Of a stretch of DNA of 64,000 nt, positions 48,548 through 61,600 are shown piece by piece. This DNA is from Anthoceros angustus (Eukaryota; Plantae; Anthocerotophyta). Positions within the stretch are counted from its first letter, which is position 1, and every line of letters starts with the position of its first letter. Under the pieces are notes generated by a model. The model did no database searches. It was given only the letters and a program-made list of their open reading frames with translations, and was not told the DNA's origin. A program made the translations under genes and the position numbers. The stretch covers positions 1,612,001-1,676,000 of the forward strand of contig VJWM01000019.1 of the NCBI GenBank assembly GCA_010909165.1. The letters run 5' to 3'.

Positions 48548-50654
48548 TCAGGCAATGGACTTCAAGCATTCTGTGTTGTGGGGCATGCTCCTCCAACGTC
48601 CCTCCGGCTCGTCCTCATAAAAATACGTGCCGTGATAACCGTATGGAACTCGCTGCGGAAGTTGCAGCTTTGCCACAGGCTCTCCGCTGAAGTCCTGCGC
48701 ATCTATGATGTACAAATACAACACACCAACGCACAACCCCTTACCTTGTGTGGACACGAACACCACATGGAATTGTGCTGACTTGACTACCAATTTCAAA
48801 GCACAAGGATTGGGTGGCGATGGGATGGAGCAAAAGGTCGGTCTTTCGTAGGAGATTCCTGCTTCCTCGTCGTGCACATAGGCAACCACCCATCCGTCAT
48901 CCTCGTCCTGGGAATTGGGCCTTGACACAAAGGATGGTTCTGACACTCCCCAGCCGGTTCCCAGGTCGTGAAACTCTTACCTTCAACTCCTACAGGCAAC
49001 AAGTGCTCAGCAGATTAAGAGCTTAATTGGAGCTCAATGTTACCACAGCTGGCTGCTGTGCGAAACTCCGATATGCAGCGAACCGCCTTTGCAGGTTGTG
49101 GGAGTGTCAGCTTGGCCCAACCTTTCATAGGGGGGACACCTGCAAGATCACGCACGTACAGCTGTAACACTTGCCAGGGACAAGAACTGGATGGAGGATC
49201 GTGTATGCTTGATTGTGGCAAGAGCATACCAGTAGATTCCCTCGCCTCTGCCACATTGTACTGAGTCATGTAGCCGTATTTGTTGTTGACACCGGTGTGA
49301 GAACGGTTTATAGTCGGAAATTCCCCACAGAAGCTGTATCCCGAGAGATCACGCTCCGAAACATCACCTGTGCCCAGAAAAGGGTTGCCGTTACAAAGGG
49401 CTGCTGGGCCTGGCTTCGTGTTGTGATGTTCAGGAAAGGTACCTGTGACCATATCAAAGCGCAACTCGTGGACATACCCGGCCAGGGCTCCGTCATTGGC
49501 AGGGTCTGGTGCATGTTTAGGATCCATATTCTGCAGACCCCGAGCCCACCACTCCTTCCGATCTGCTGGATTTGGCAAAGGGATGACGGATCTTCTTGAC
49601 CGGACCCCAATCACTACAACCTACCGCATGATTCACATGATTGAATCAGCTCACTTTCAAGAGAATCCAAAATACATGTCCACAATGCAATAGATTCTTC
49701 CAGGCTGGTGAAACAAGTCCTCACCTCGTCCCCCTCCTCGAAGGAATTCACCTTGTGCAGAGTGGCTTGTCTCTACAGGGTTCCACTTTGTAGACTGGCT
49801 GTCACCATAGCGGGGGAGTATCCCAACTCGGGATCTGTAATGCTCTTCAAACTCCAGCAGGCTGTTATCCAGCAGCATAGCAGGTTCAATTACGTATACG
49901 AGCAGGCACGAAGGGATTGAGTGCGCCAGCGGCTGCTGTAGATGCTCACCTTTCTCCTCTGCAAAGGAAACACCATCACTGTCACTGAGCTTGCAACTTC
50001 CGGCATCGTCCCTCGCCAATAAAATGAGCATACCGTCTTGTGATGGCAAGTTCGTTGCACAAGCCGCAGTGGTCCAGCTCCAAGTCGATCTTATGAGCCA
50101 GCCTTTCACCATCAGCTGCACATCCCAATGCTATCCATAGGTTTCAATCTCTGCAATTGTGCTTGAATGACAAGGAGAGCGGGAGCATGTCAAAGATGAC
50201 CAGGTCGTTCGTTTCTGGGTCACGCTGGAACATATCTACGACAGTTTGCTACCTCTTGTCTGATATGTCCAGGCTAGGGAAGTAAGCTCTCGGTGGAATT
50301 TATGACTAGGAGGCAGATGTCTTACCACAGGGTGAGCACTGAAGGGACGGTTCCATTGGCCGTTACAGCCATCCCAGGCAGCGATGGTGGTCAGGTCTGA
50401 CATCCCTGTCCGGCCCAGCAGCTGCTCGGCAGCGTACATCCGCTCGTCGCGCTTCCCGCAGTGAGAGGTCCAGGCGTGAATCAACATTTTTTTGCACGAC
50501 TGCCCGCAACAGAAATGGATCCAATGGCGCCAAACCCACAAACCGTTTTGAGAGGCGGACGCCAGGACTGCCTGTTGAAGCTGGATTCGGTCGGAGAAGT
50601 TGGACATGTCCCAGCGCCGGGAAGCATCCGTGCAAGGTGTGGAGCCGAAGCCAT
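48548..50654 (-). pseudogene. Carotenoid cleavage dioxygenase (ZAS/CCD10-like), internally deleted copy A
   Basis: Retains NRPFSAHP, RVGILPRYGD, GEFPTINR, EDDGW and RVPYGYHG. The GNWAPV and GPNP exons and most of the YTIFFDFP exon are deleted relative to 51605-54862. Confidence 0.9.
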
Positions 50655-51604
50655 GGCGTTGGTGATGGAAGAAAGGGCACTTTGAGAGGAGGAAGAGCGC
50701 AGTCGCAGTGAGCCAACTCGGTGCCGTGCTCCTGCTGCTTGGGGAGGTTGAGCAGAAATGGCTGGATTTGCTGGCTCTACATCTTGTGCAGTTCGAGACC
50801 CGGTTAAACTCCCTTTCTATTTCCTGGCCATGGATCCAGGATTTTCATCCAATTGGTGCATTGAACCCTCGGGGCCTTCGCCCATCGTCTGGCGTCAAAG
50901 CGACTGCCGGCCCCGGGCAGGGATTGGTTAGGTTGGCGGTTGCTGTCTCTTGCGAAGCCAAAGACTTTCTTGTGAGCAGGTCGAGTCAGTCTATTATGGT
51001 TGCGGTGCTGGTGATGGACAGGTGAGATAGCTTAGGGAGATGATAGCCCTAGACTCTCCTGGAAGGATGTTGGATCCAGAAGTGCTGCTGAGGAACCATG
51101 TTCCAGACATGACAAGAGAACTGCTGCTTGGGCGTGCTGATGAGGAGGCATGCAATGCCGGACACATGAAAGGTCCATTGGTGGTGAATGGTCATTTCTA
51201 TCTACAGTATAAACTTGTTCATGATACTCTACTGAAACCTTCAAAGGGCTTCTTCAGCTTCTCCTTTCTTCCTTCTTCCTTTCAAGTCTTAGGATCTGGA
51301 ACCTGGTTCTGCATCTCTTTGCCTTCAGGATTTGCTTCGATTTTGTATTTCTTGATGGAGCAAGTTCATCCGTTGTCTTAAACTCAAGGACCTTCTATCA
51401 AGGTAGCCATAACTGTGGCGAGCAAGTCAAAGTGCCTCATCCAAGCGCCCAATGATGCCCTCTCTCACAGGTGTGGCAGCATGTGGTCCATGGTACGAGC
51501 TAGTCTACAATGGTTGACAGTGCATTCAGCCAATGCACTTTGAAACCCTACTTGCAGTCTGTGTTGTGGGGCATGCTCCTCCATAGTCCGTCAAGCAGCT
51601 CTGC

Positions 51605-54600
51605 TTAGTGGGAAGTCTTGGTTCTGGCGAGCACGTGCTCCGGCTCCTCCTCATAAAAATACGTGCCATGATAACCATATGGAACTCGCTGCGGAAGTTG
51701 CAGCTTTGCCGCAGGCTCTCCGCTGAAGTTCTGTGCATCTATGATGTACAACTGCAACACATCCACGCCACTTTTCTTGTGAGGACACGAACACCACATG
51801 ACCTTGTGCTGAGTCCTGAATACATACTAATTTCAAAGCACAAGGTTGGGTGGGATGGGACGGAGCAAAAGGCCGGTCTTACGTAGGAGATTCCTGCTTC
51901 CTCGTTGTGAACATAGGCAACCACCCATCCGTCATCCTCGTCCTGGGAATTGGGCCTTGCCACAAAGGATGGTTCTGACACTCCCCAGCCGGTTCCCTGG
52001 TCATGAAACTCCACCTTCAACTCCTGAAGGCAACAAGTGCTCAGCAGATTACATAGTCAGTTGGAGCATCAATGCTACTACAACTGGCTGTTTAAACATT
52101 CCGAAATGCAGCGAACATCCTTTGCAGATTGTGGGAATGTCAGCTTGGCCCAACCTTTCATAGGGGGAACACCTGCAAGATCACGCACGTACAGCTGTAA
52201 CAATCGCCAGGGATAATTAAGAACTGGATGGAGAACAGTGTATGGTCAATAGTGGGCAGTGCATACTATGTAGTATATTCCCTCGCCTTTTCCGTGTTGG
52301 ACAGAGTCATGTAGCCGTATTTGTTCTTGATACCGGTGTAAGAACGGTTTATGGTTGGACATTCCCCAGAGATGGTGTATCTCGAAAGATCACGCTCCGA
52401 AACATCACCTGTGCCCAGAAAAGGGTTGCCCTTGAACGATACCATTTACAAAGGGCTGCTGGGCCTAGCTTCGTGTTGTGATGTTGAGGAAAGGTGCCTG
52501 TAACCATATTAAAGCGCCACTCGTGGACATACCCGGCCAGGGATCCGTCCATGGCAGGATCCGGTGCATGTTTAGGATCCACATTCTGCAGACCCCGAGC
52601 CCACCACTCCTTTCGATCTACTTCGTTTGGCAAAGGAATGATGGGTCTTCTTGACCGGATCCCAATCACTACAACCTACCCCATGATTCACATGATTATG
52701 GCGTCAATCGATATCAGCTCGGTTTCAGGAGAATCCACAATGCATGGCCAGAATGGAATCGATTCTTCCAGACTGGTGAAACAAGTCCTCACCTCGTCAC
52801 CATCCTCGAAGGAATTCACCTTGTGCCACGAGTGGCCTGGCTCTACAGGAAACCACTTTGTAGACTTGCTGTCACCATAGCGAGGGAGTATCCCAACTCG
52901 GCATGCGTAATTCTCTTCAAATTCCACCAGGCTGCGATCCAGCAGCCGAGCAGGTTCAGAGCAGGCACGGAGGGTTTGGGTGCGCCAGGCGGTTGCTGTC
53001 GATGCTCACCTTCCTCCTCTCAAGAGGCGACACACGTTGATGACGAGAGGAAAGTCGAAGAAGATAGTATAGCTGCAAGAGGAAACACCACCACTGTCAC
53101 TCCGCATTGAGCTTGCAACTTCCGGCATCGTCTCGCGCACGAATGGAATGAACAGACCGTCTTATGATGGCAAGCTCGTGGCAAAAGACACAGCGGTCCA
53201 GCTCCAAGTCGATTTTATATACTAGCCTGTCACCATCAGCTGCACATCCCAGTGCCATCCATAGTTTCAAGTCTTCGTAACTGTATTTGGGTCCCAAGGG
53301 GAGCAGGAGCATGCCAAACACGTAGTTCTCACCAGACCAGACTGCAAGCTGGCAATAGGGCTTGCTGGGGTTGAAGCCAAAGATGACCAGCTCCTTCGTT
53401 TCTGGGTCACGCTGAACACATTTGTAACCACAATCACCTAAGCATTGTCTGACGTAATATTTCCAGGGACGAGAGCTCTGGGTGGAATTCATGACTGGCA
53501 CGCAGGTGCTTTACCTGGGGGTGAGACGTGACGCGACGGGTCCATTGGCCGTTACAGCCATCCCAGGCAGCGATGGTGGTCAGGTCTGACAGATTGAACT
53601 CATGGGGAAGGTCGCCTTCAGCAATGGCGAAGTACCTTCCAGCGTGTTGGAACACATGAGTATTGCATGTGGGCTTGGTCACCCTGAAAAACCGCATCTA
53701 CGTGGGGACACATTCAGAGTGAGCGCAGTTGCTGACTCAGTCTACAGGTGCATGATGGTGATGGTGGTGGTGAGGGATACCAGGTTGAAGAAATGGCTCA
53801 GGGCGATAGCCCCAGCATCCCCATGGAAGGACGTCAACCAAACGCGCCCTCCTCTCTCCTTTTCAAGCTCGTAGCATTCCGTGCTAACATATCTGTTGAG
53901 GTAAGCAGCCGTTCCTCCCTCCTCGAAGTAGGTTGCGTGAAGCATCCCATCAGCCTCAAATGGGTGGTACTCCAGTAATCCGAAGGGGCTACTCATGCCG
54001 TTCCCTCCAAACTGAGGATTGGGACCTGCACAGCCAGCTCCACGCTGCTCCATTCAAACCCCCTCCCATTCCCGACAGTGACAGACCGTCTTCAGACCCA
54101 CCCCTCTTCGGGTCAGAGAAATTTGCACATGACTGGTGAACACGTTCCCAGGCCACTCACCATTCCTAACGTACACTCCAGGTGGGAAGTCTGTCGGAAT
54201 GGCCCCAGACACCACCCGCACCGCCGTCTTCTTCCCAATCTCCGCCACAGGAGCCCAATTCCCCTGCAGACACGGATTTCAGTATTGTTCTCTTTCCAGT
54301 GTCAGAGACGTGCAGAACCTGCAACTGCCAAAGAATGGGCACCGGATTCCCAATCTGAACAGACTAGTCATGCACTACTACCACCCACCGCGAAATGATT
54401 GACAGAGAACTGTGCTTCTTTGAACAGCGAGTGCGCCACTTGAGTCAGAACCCGCTCCTGACGCCGTTGGCAATTCTTCCAATCCTCTGCAACAAATTCA
54501 CCTGTTTCTGAACAGGCTTCACAAAGCTGGGCTCGGAAGCTCCCTCAACAACAGCCTGACGGCGCGAATCATGGACATCCCGCCAAGCAGCTGGCTCCTC

Positions 54601-54862
54601 TATCTCAAGTACTCGGCAGCGTACATCCGCTCCTCGCGCTTCCTGCAGTGACACGTCCAGGCTTGAATCAAATTTGATCTTCGCAACACTGCCCGCAACC
54701 GAAATGAATATGGTACTGATCGAATCGCGCCAAACCCACAAACCGTTTGAGAGGCGGACACCAGGACTGCCCCCTGAAGCTCAGCAGTGTGGAGTCGGTC
54801 GGAGAAGTTGGACATGTCCCACTTCCGGGGAGCCTCCGTGCAAGGTGCGGAGCAGAAGCCAT
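51605..54862 (-). pseudogene. Carotenoid cleavage dioxygenase (ZAS/CCD10-like), full-length copy B with apparent lesions
   Basis: GNWAPV, YVRNGPNP, FEADGMLHA, NTHVFQHAG, TSHP, FCHEL, GILPRYGD, WHKVNSFE, EPSFV, EDDGW and RVPYGYHG, with four iron-ligand His. Exon 1 needs frameshifts, one donor is GC (~52497) and one exon end is out of phase (~52265). It could be functional if these are assembly errors. Confidence 0.75.
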
Positions 54863-56350
54863 GGCCGATTCCAACGTCAACGCAAGCGTGTCTCCCCGCG
54901 CACTCCTGGTGATGGAGAACAGCGTAATTTGAAGAGGAGGAGAGTGCAGCAATCTGATGAAGAGGAGGAGGCTGTGGCAGTCGCAGTCAGCCGACTGAGT
55001 GCCGTGCGCCTGCTGCTGTGGAGGTTGAGCAGGTTCCGGTTCTGCTGCATGGGCAGGTTGAGCAGATTCCTGTTCTGTGGATCCAGGATTTGCATGGAAG
55101 AAGAAGAAGTAGTCTCTTATAGTCGCTCGAACAGAATTGTTCCATCCTGTTTCAACTTGACCCATAGTGGACTTGCACCAAGGGCATCCACTAAACACCA
55201 ACAGCTCTCAACAACCCATCGAAGTACCGATCTGAGAGCAGGATGCTTAACAGCGGCGTTCCTATACATGTGTGTCCATTTGGCCCAAGAAGGTTACCCA
55301 CCAACTTCTCTGTTCCCACCAAGTATCTCATCGATTTTTAAGGTTACCGACTGGATCCTTGAGCTTGAGTACCGAGCAGCTCCACAAGTCTAACATTCTC
55401 CTTGGGAAGTTTGGGACCAAGGTGGGGCCAAACACAGTCTTGGGTGATACACCCAAACACGTAGGTCTCTGTTTTGTGGCGGGCCGGTGTGCTATGTGCT
55501 GAGTGCCCTGGCCCTCTAGTCTTTCGTTTTGATCTGTCCGGACCATGTGCCGGGCTCGTCGTCTATTTCTCATCTTCATAATGTTTTGAAAGGAAGCGCA
55601 CTCGCAGTGATTAAGAATGCTGCAAAAGCCATGCCTGCACGCTGTTTGTGGCTTTGGATAGCAGCGTCTCAGGTCGCACGTTGAGGACCACCCCCCACCC
55701 AACGCTGGCGGGGGCATGGTGCCATCGCCTTACGCACGTTGCACATTATTGGCGATCAATGTAGGAGTCCCATGTGGAGCTGAATGACTGAAATTGAAAA
55801 TGAATGGACTCTGTGGTTTTGCTTACATAACAATAAGGAAAGGTGTCCATGGTGTCCTTGCGTGAGGAGGCCATGTGAGGAGTGAGGAGGGATGTGGGGT
55901 TCATGGGGGGAGATGCTGGCGCCGCCGCCGCAGCAACAGTACTGCATGTACTCCGACATTTTTATGTCATGAAAGCTCACATGTTGTACACATGTGGCTT
56001 CGTCAAGTCTGAAATGCAGAATCTGAGGTGAGTCGGTGGAATGAGTGACTTACCTCCGCCAGGAACTGCTTTTCTCTATCCTGAGTTCTCTTCAACTATT
56101 TTTATATGCATCCTGGCTGTCTTCGAAATGCTTTCGCGCTACGTCTAAGAAATGTTGTGCCGCCTGCTCTTTTCTCGTGGATGGCTTGGTTGCAGGCAGG
56201 AACAGGCGAGGATGATGTGCATGCAGCAAAGAATGGACTGACATTTTTGGACGCATTCAGTGCATTGTAGCGGCGGCAAATGCCACAAGATGCAGGAACA
56301 AATGATATTTTATTGAGGTGAACAGAAGGGGAGAGGAGGAATTGAGCTCC

Positions 56351-56680
56351 CTACCTAAAATCACCTACCGCACCCACAATGTCATATGCAAGAAGAATAA
56401 ACGGCCTGCAAACCACGGGACATAGGAAGGATGTCGCCGTCTTGTGGAGGATCGCTGTTGAGAATGCCCGTTGAAGGGCAATTGAAACCCGCTGTCGAAA
56501 GTATGCTGCGAAGTACGAGAGGGACAGCCCCGCCTCGTGCTTGCGAGCATGGTAAGCTTTGGCACAAGACTTGACAAATTTAGTCCTCAGCCATTGCTCC
56601 ATACGTTTCTAGTGCAAGCGGAATAAAGAGGTGGCCGCTTACATCCTGCTATATTTGCACACGTTGAGCAGCGGCTCTCC
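56351..56680 (-). mobile_element. 3' fragment of a CRE-like non-LTR retrotransposon
   Basis: GHLFIPLALETYG...FAAYFRQRVSIALQRAFS; same family and same 3' end (ctccctacctaaa on plus) as 3755-4022. Confidence 0.72.
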
Positions 56681-56994
56681 AAGATATATGCAGGTAGTCA
56701 TTCCACTTTTCCTGGCGCCTGTGACTACACATCCTTAGCATCACTTCGCATATTTAATTTGCTTTCTCCACATGACCTTCAGTCTCTGGATGATAAGCGG
56801 ATGTTTTTTAACCCTGACATGGCATCCTTGATGGCAGCATGCTCACACTGTATTTTGGGTATTTAAGTCTGGGGGAGTTGAGAGGTCCGCTTGACTGTGC
56901 CCTCTCTCTGCTGCCTTGGGTTTGAGATGTGGAATGTGATGTCTTATCTTCACTTGGACAGATGATTGTTACGAGTAATCCTACCTACTATTAA

Positions 56995-59900
56995 GGGAGA
57001 CAACACCATAATATTTGAACCGGCGGAATATACATCAAGCGGCTTTATGCATGAATATACGCTGAACCGGGTTGTGGATGGTCACTAAATCGATGTTCAT
57101 GTATGTAGTCGCGGATAATGTGTTCAAAATTATGGTCAAAATCACATTCTACTTCAAATTTACAAGGAGCTCCAGTAAAGGGTCGTGGGGACATTCCCTG
57201 TGGGGTTTGCAATGATTTAGCACCGACTTCACACTCCCTTTGTGCTGGGATCCGAAACCACAGTGTTACAATATATTGTCTTATATCAAGGGAATGGAAG
57301 CCACTTTTGCATCCGGGTTCACATTTACGGTGGCAAGGTATGGAAAATGTGCGGTTCCTCTATGGTAGAAAGGTGAGTAACGCAGAACGCGATGGGCGCA
57401 TGCCGCGCCATCGCACACCTTGGGCCCTTAGCCATTCCACAGCACCAAACAGTTCAACATGGCCTTTTGATATCCGTGTGAGCGGAAAAATCTCTGTAGT
57501 GTACCATGTTCTTGTGAACCCTCAACAAAACCACAATTTGGCATATCGGCTCGGAAAGGGCTGCCAAGTTTCACGGAAACATTGGGTTGGCGCCACCATT
57601 AAACGAATCCCACTAACAGAGCCATGGCAGCCCGGTGACAATGGAAGGGGCCACTAGGAATAGACGACAAAATGTGGTGCGGAAGGAGTGCGGCATGCCA
57701 TCGCAAAGGGTGTTACAAAGGGTTGCGCCATAAGTTCTTAGGAGCGGACCATGATCGGAATATATTTTGCCGTTGCTTATTCACTCCTCACCGACTCGAG
57801 ACCGTCGGGTTCTCCATGCCCAAGACACCGTCATCCCCATCATCCTCGTCCACCCGAGGGAGTGCAGGTTGAAGATGGGGACGGAGGGCACTTAACTTCT
57901 CTTTGATAGCTTTTTATCCACAGCATGATGTTTCCTAGAAGTGAGATTGAACCCATAGTACAATGACTCTTATGGACAAACAACTTCAATGTTGGGAGGC
58001 TTCCATGCTTTTGCACCTTTGTTGGTAGGAGGTAGTTCTCTGTCCTCCGGGTCCTAACAAAGTATTCTCCCCATACTTGCCCTCGTATGCATCTGTGCTC
58101 GGTTCGCCACCTGCACCAGAAGTAGGGGTCATCGGTCATGTGCACACTCAAGACCTTTGCAACCCAGAATGCCTGTGAGTGTCTCACAAGGTGACAATAA
58201 ACATACCTTTTTATCTCCATGATGTCACCATTCATCCGCTCGACCTCTTGTTCCCGTCTTTCCACACTCGTAAGCTCCCAAGTACATGTCCGTTGGAGGC
58301 ACGCCTCGCAATAAGGCTTGTCCAATATAGCCTCCTCCGAACTGCAGTGGTACAAGTGCATCTGCTGCAGATCTGTCATACCACTTCCTGTCTTTTCGCA
58401 TACAAAGGCCGATGTTATTGTCCACAATAGTTGCGATCTCCTCTTGATCCTCCAGTCACTCCACCACTCCTCCTCACCGTTAGATATGTGTTGGCTTTTG
58501 CAAACCCTTTCTTAAGTGGTCTACTCCATCCGTCGAGCTTCCATCAACGCCTTTCTTGTCCTTGGCCTCAGAGCTAGCAGGTTGTAGGTCCAATCTCGAT
58601 TTGGAATAAAAGACAAGAACTCCATCTTCTTGCTTCCCATAACGGTGAGGTCGAATCTTTTACTCCGAATAGCAGTTACTTTACCCCTGCGACTTTTCCT
58701 CCCGCGTGATTTTGAACCGGTGTTGGTATGATAGATTGTTTAGCTTGCGAACCGCAGCTTTAAACTTTAGCACTTTCCTTTTTCAAAGGCCGAGACGAAC
58801 GGAAGTGGAACCTCGGTCGACCTTCACTGGTTTGGCGTGAAAGCCTTGCTCAATATATCCCGCATGACGGAAGAGTTTTGCCTCTTTGTGCTTCAAATGT
58901 TTGGAAAACACGAGAACATTTGGTCCACTGGTCATGTGTGTGACCTACAAGAAGAAAGCCCACCTTCACTTTTTCAAAGTCCCCACTCCACGAGCATATT
59001 CGGATAAGCAAAGCGATTGATTCTTGTTCTCCGACATGTGTTGTCCAGTTGCAAATATAGAACCTTGGGAAGTAAGCCAACATATGTATGTATCACATCT
59101 TGGATAATGCATATGGTTAAATTAGCATCATTCCGCAAATTTGCGTAGTGCAGATACGCCCTGGACTTGAACGTGTGATTGTGGATCATACACCCCACCA
59201 CATGGACAGTAACACGGCAGTCTTCCTTTAGCTCCTTAGGCCATCTAAGTATATGCGGTAAGGATGTTTTTTTCTGATCCATGCCATCGATACATAACAA
59301 CATGTACTTGTGAGGCTCGGTGTATCCTTTCGTTCGATGTTTTGTCAACTTCTTCCGCTCCTCCATAAGCTTTATGCGATGTTTGTTCAACGCGTCCCGA
59401 TATATATCGCCTTCAACCAAACATGTCGTGTCCATCCATGAAATATAACGTCATCGCTAACGGGACCAACCAACGGAGTTCGACATAACCCGTAGGGGCA
59501 AGGGGCAATAGCATGATGGCAACCCTCGGAAGGGTCATGCCCCAACAACCTAGGGATCCACCGTTGTATGGCCCAGCGGTCCTATCCCATCGTAAGGCGG
59601 GCGCCCGCCCCTCCCTACCGCCTCAATTAGGGATGTGGCATCGCGCCTCCCAAGCTCCTTTAGGGTTTAGGGTTCGCATGTTGCCGCCTCCTCTCCCCAT
59701 TGCACCCCTCACCCATGAGGGGCATCTGCTCCTCCTCCCACAACACATGAGGGCGCATGCCGCGTCCAACCCGGCCCCGCCCCCGGGTGCAATGTGGCAT
59801 GCGCCTTCCCTACCTCCTTTAGGGTTTAGGTCCCCGGCATGCCGCGCCTCCTCCTCTCCCCACTCGGCGTTCACCGCCTTCATCTGCGGGGCCGAACCGG

Positions 59901-61600
59901 TTGTGCCTCGACCAAGGTTCAACCTCCACCATCACAACGCCCACCGTTAGATATCGGATGGCCTCACTTCTAACCTTTCACCCTGTTTATACCATGCCGA
60001 AAAAGCGGTGTGGAGCGATGAGCTTACCTTGATCCGTCTGCGATCCAAAGGTTCAATGTTGAACTTTAGACCGCAAAGAGAACATGTTGAAAACCGATTG
60101 GATTTGGGTATCTTCACGCTTGAAGTTCTCGCTCCCATAGTCTCGTAAAGTAAGCATACGAAATATCTGGCCCTTTTGCTCCATGCCACATTTGTATTGT
60201 GTCCACACTTCTAGTTTGGTGAAAGTGTCGAAGATTGTAGACTTCAACATTAGGCGGCGCTCGCCACCGCCGCCTTCATCCGCAGAAAACCGCACCCGAC
60301 CAAGGTTCAACCTCCACCACAACGCCCACCGTTAGATATCGGATGGCCTGCCACTTCTAACCTTTCACCTTTATACCATGCCGAAAAACGGTGTGGAGCG
60401 ATGAGCTTACCTTGATCCGTCTGCGATCCAAAGGTTCAATGTTGAACTTTAGACCGCAAAGAGAACATGTTGAAAACCGATTGATTTGGGTATCTTCACG
60501 CGCTTGAAGTTCTCGCTCCCATAGTCTCGTAAAGTAAGCATACGAAATATACTGCAATTTTTGCTCCATGCCACATTTGTATTGTGTCCACACTTCTAGT
60601 TTGGTGAAAGTGTCGAAGATTGTAGACTTCAACATTAGGCGCCGCCCGCTAATTGCGTAAATGTTGCATCCATCCATGCAATAGCGCCCAATGCATGAGA
60701 GGATTTCACCCGGGCTTGGCTTGCTACAATCCCATGGTGAATTCAACGGACTCGCCTTCACCTCCTCGTACCTTTCCGACCCTATGCAATACACCCTTCA
60801 AGGATTTCGTGCAACACTTGATTGGAACCGGTGCCTTCGTGAAAGTATGACTTTGTCTTTGCCATTCAACCATGGTCGTCTTACAAGGGTCTCTAGGAAT
60901 GTCTCCCCTCGGACCTTCCCAACCTAAGGAACCTTTGCCTCTTCCGAAACCTTCCTCGAAAGTCGTTGAATACATACTTTGTTGCAACACGGTTTCAAAA
61001 TCCTCCACGTGTCCGTCTCGCCTTCTTCAAGGAGACACCACCAGCCGTGTTTGCAAACGAAACGCAAGCTCGCTCGCAGGCTGCAATGTCTCCGACATTG
61101 GCTTCGGATGATATGTACCGCAGCCTGTGAGGTGAACGGGAGGGTGGGGAACGTTGTCGCCGCCAAGAATATCGCCCCCGATGCACCCAAAACTCCACAC
61201 GGAGGCGAGACCTCTCATTGCCCGCTGATGGCTCACTCGAGGGCGGGCATCTCCTCGCTCTTGGGCTAAGTTCCATAGCCGCATACAAGTTCAAGTTCCG
61301 AGGCGTCGGTGGCACATAGGGGTGCACGAAGGTGATGAGTCCTTCTGAGCTGCAAGCATGTTTGCCGAATACAAGGTGAAGCTCATCGTCATCCAGCCGG
61401 TGATGATTACCATTGCAAACCCGCATGCCCGTGGCAGAGCAGTTGCTCGGAAAACATCCGGAACGCCGCGAATTATGAAACATGAGCTTTTCAACAAGCC
61501 GAATGTGGTCGCTCCCTTCGCTCGCAAAGTTTGCAAGCGCTTACGGAAATAGATCGCTGGATGCTCCTTTTTGTGCATGCGTCGCTTGAGTGCAACATAT
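56995..61600 (-). mobile_element. Degenerate DNA transposon with DUF7869/Sola-like DDD transposase; boundaries uncertain
   Basis: VKIPKSNRFSTCSLC, LCIDGMDQKKTSLPH, NDANLTI, LPKVLYLQLDNTCR and VGFLLVGHTHD (58850-60650), with frameshifts. Downstream are a PHD-like remnant (KWY..C...PYCEAC) and an FWVAKV domain at 57840-58430. Confidence 0.75.
59874..60642. repeat. ~390-bp tandem duplication inside the transposase gene
   Basis: ccgccttcatc..accaaggttcaacctccacca...aacattaggcg occurs at 59874-60255 and 60270-60642. Confidence 0.88.

Noticed and set aside
59658-59830. TTTAGGG repeats as an interstitial telomere
   Set aside because: Only two units per site and embedded in TE sequence.
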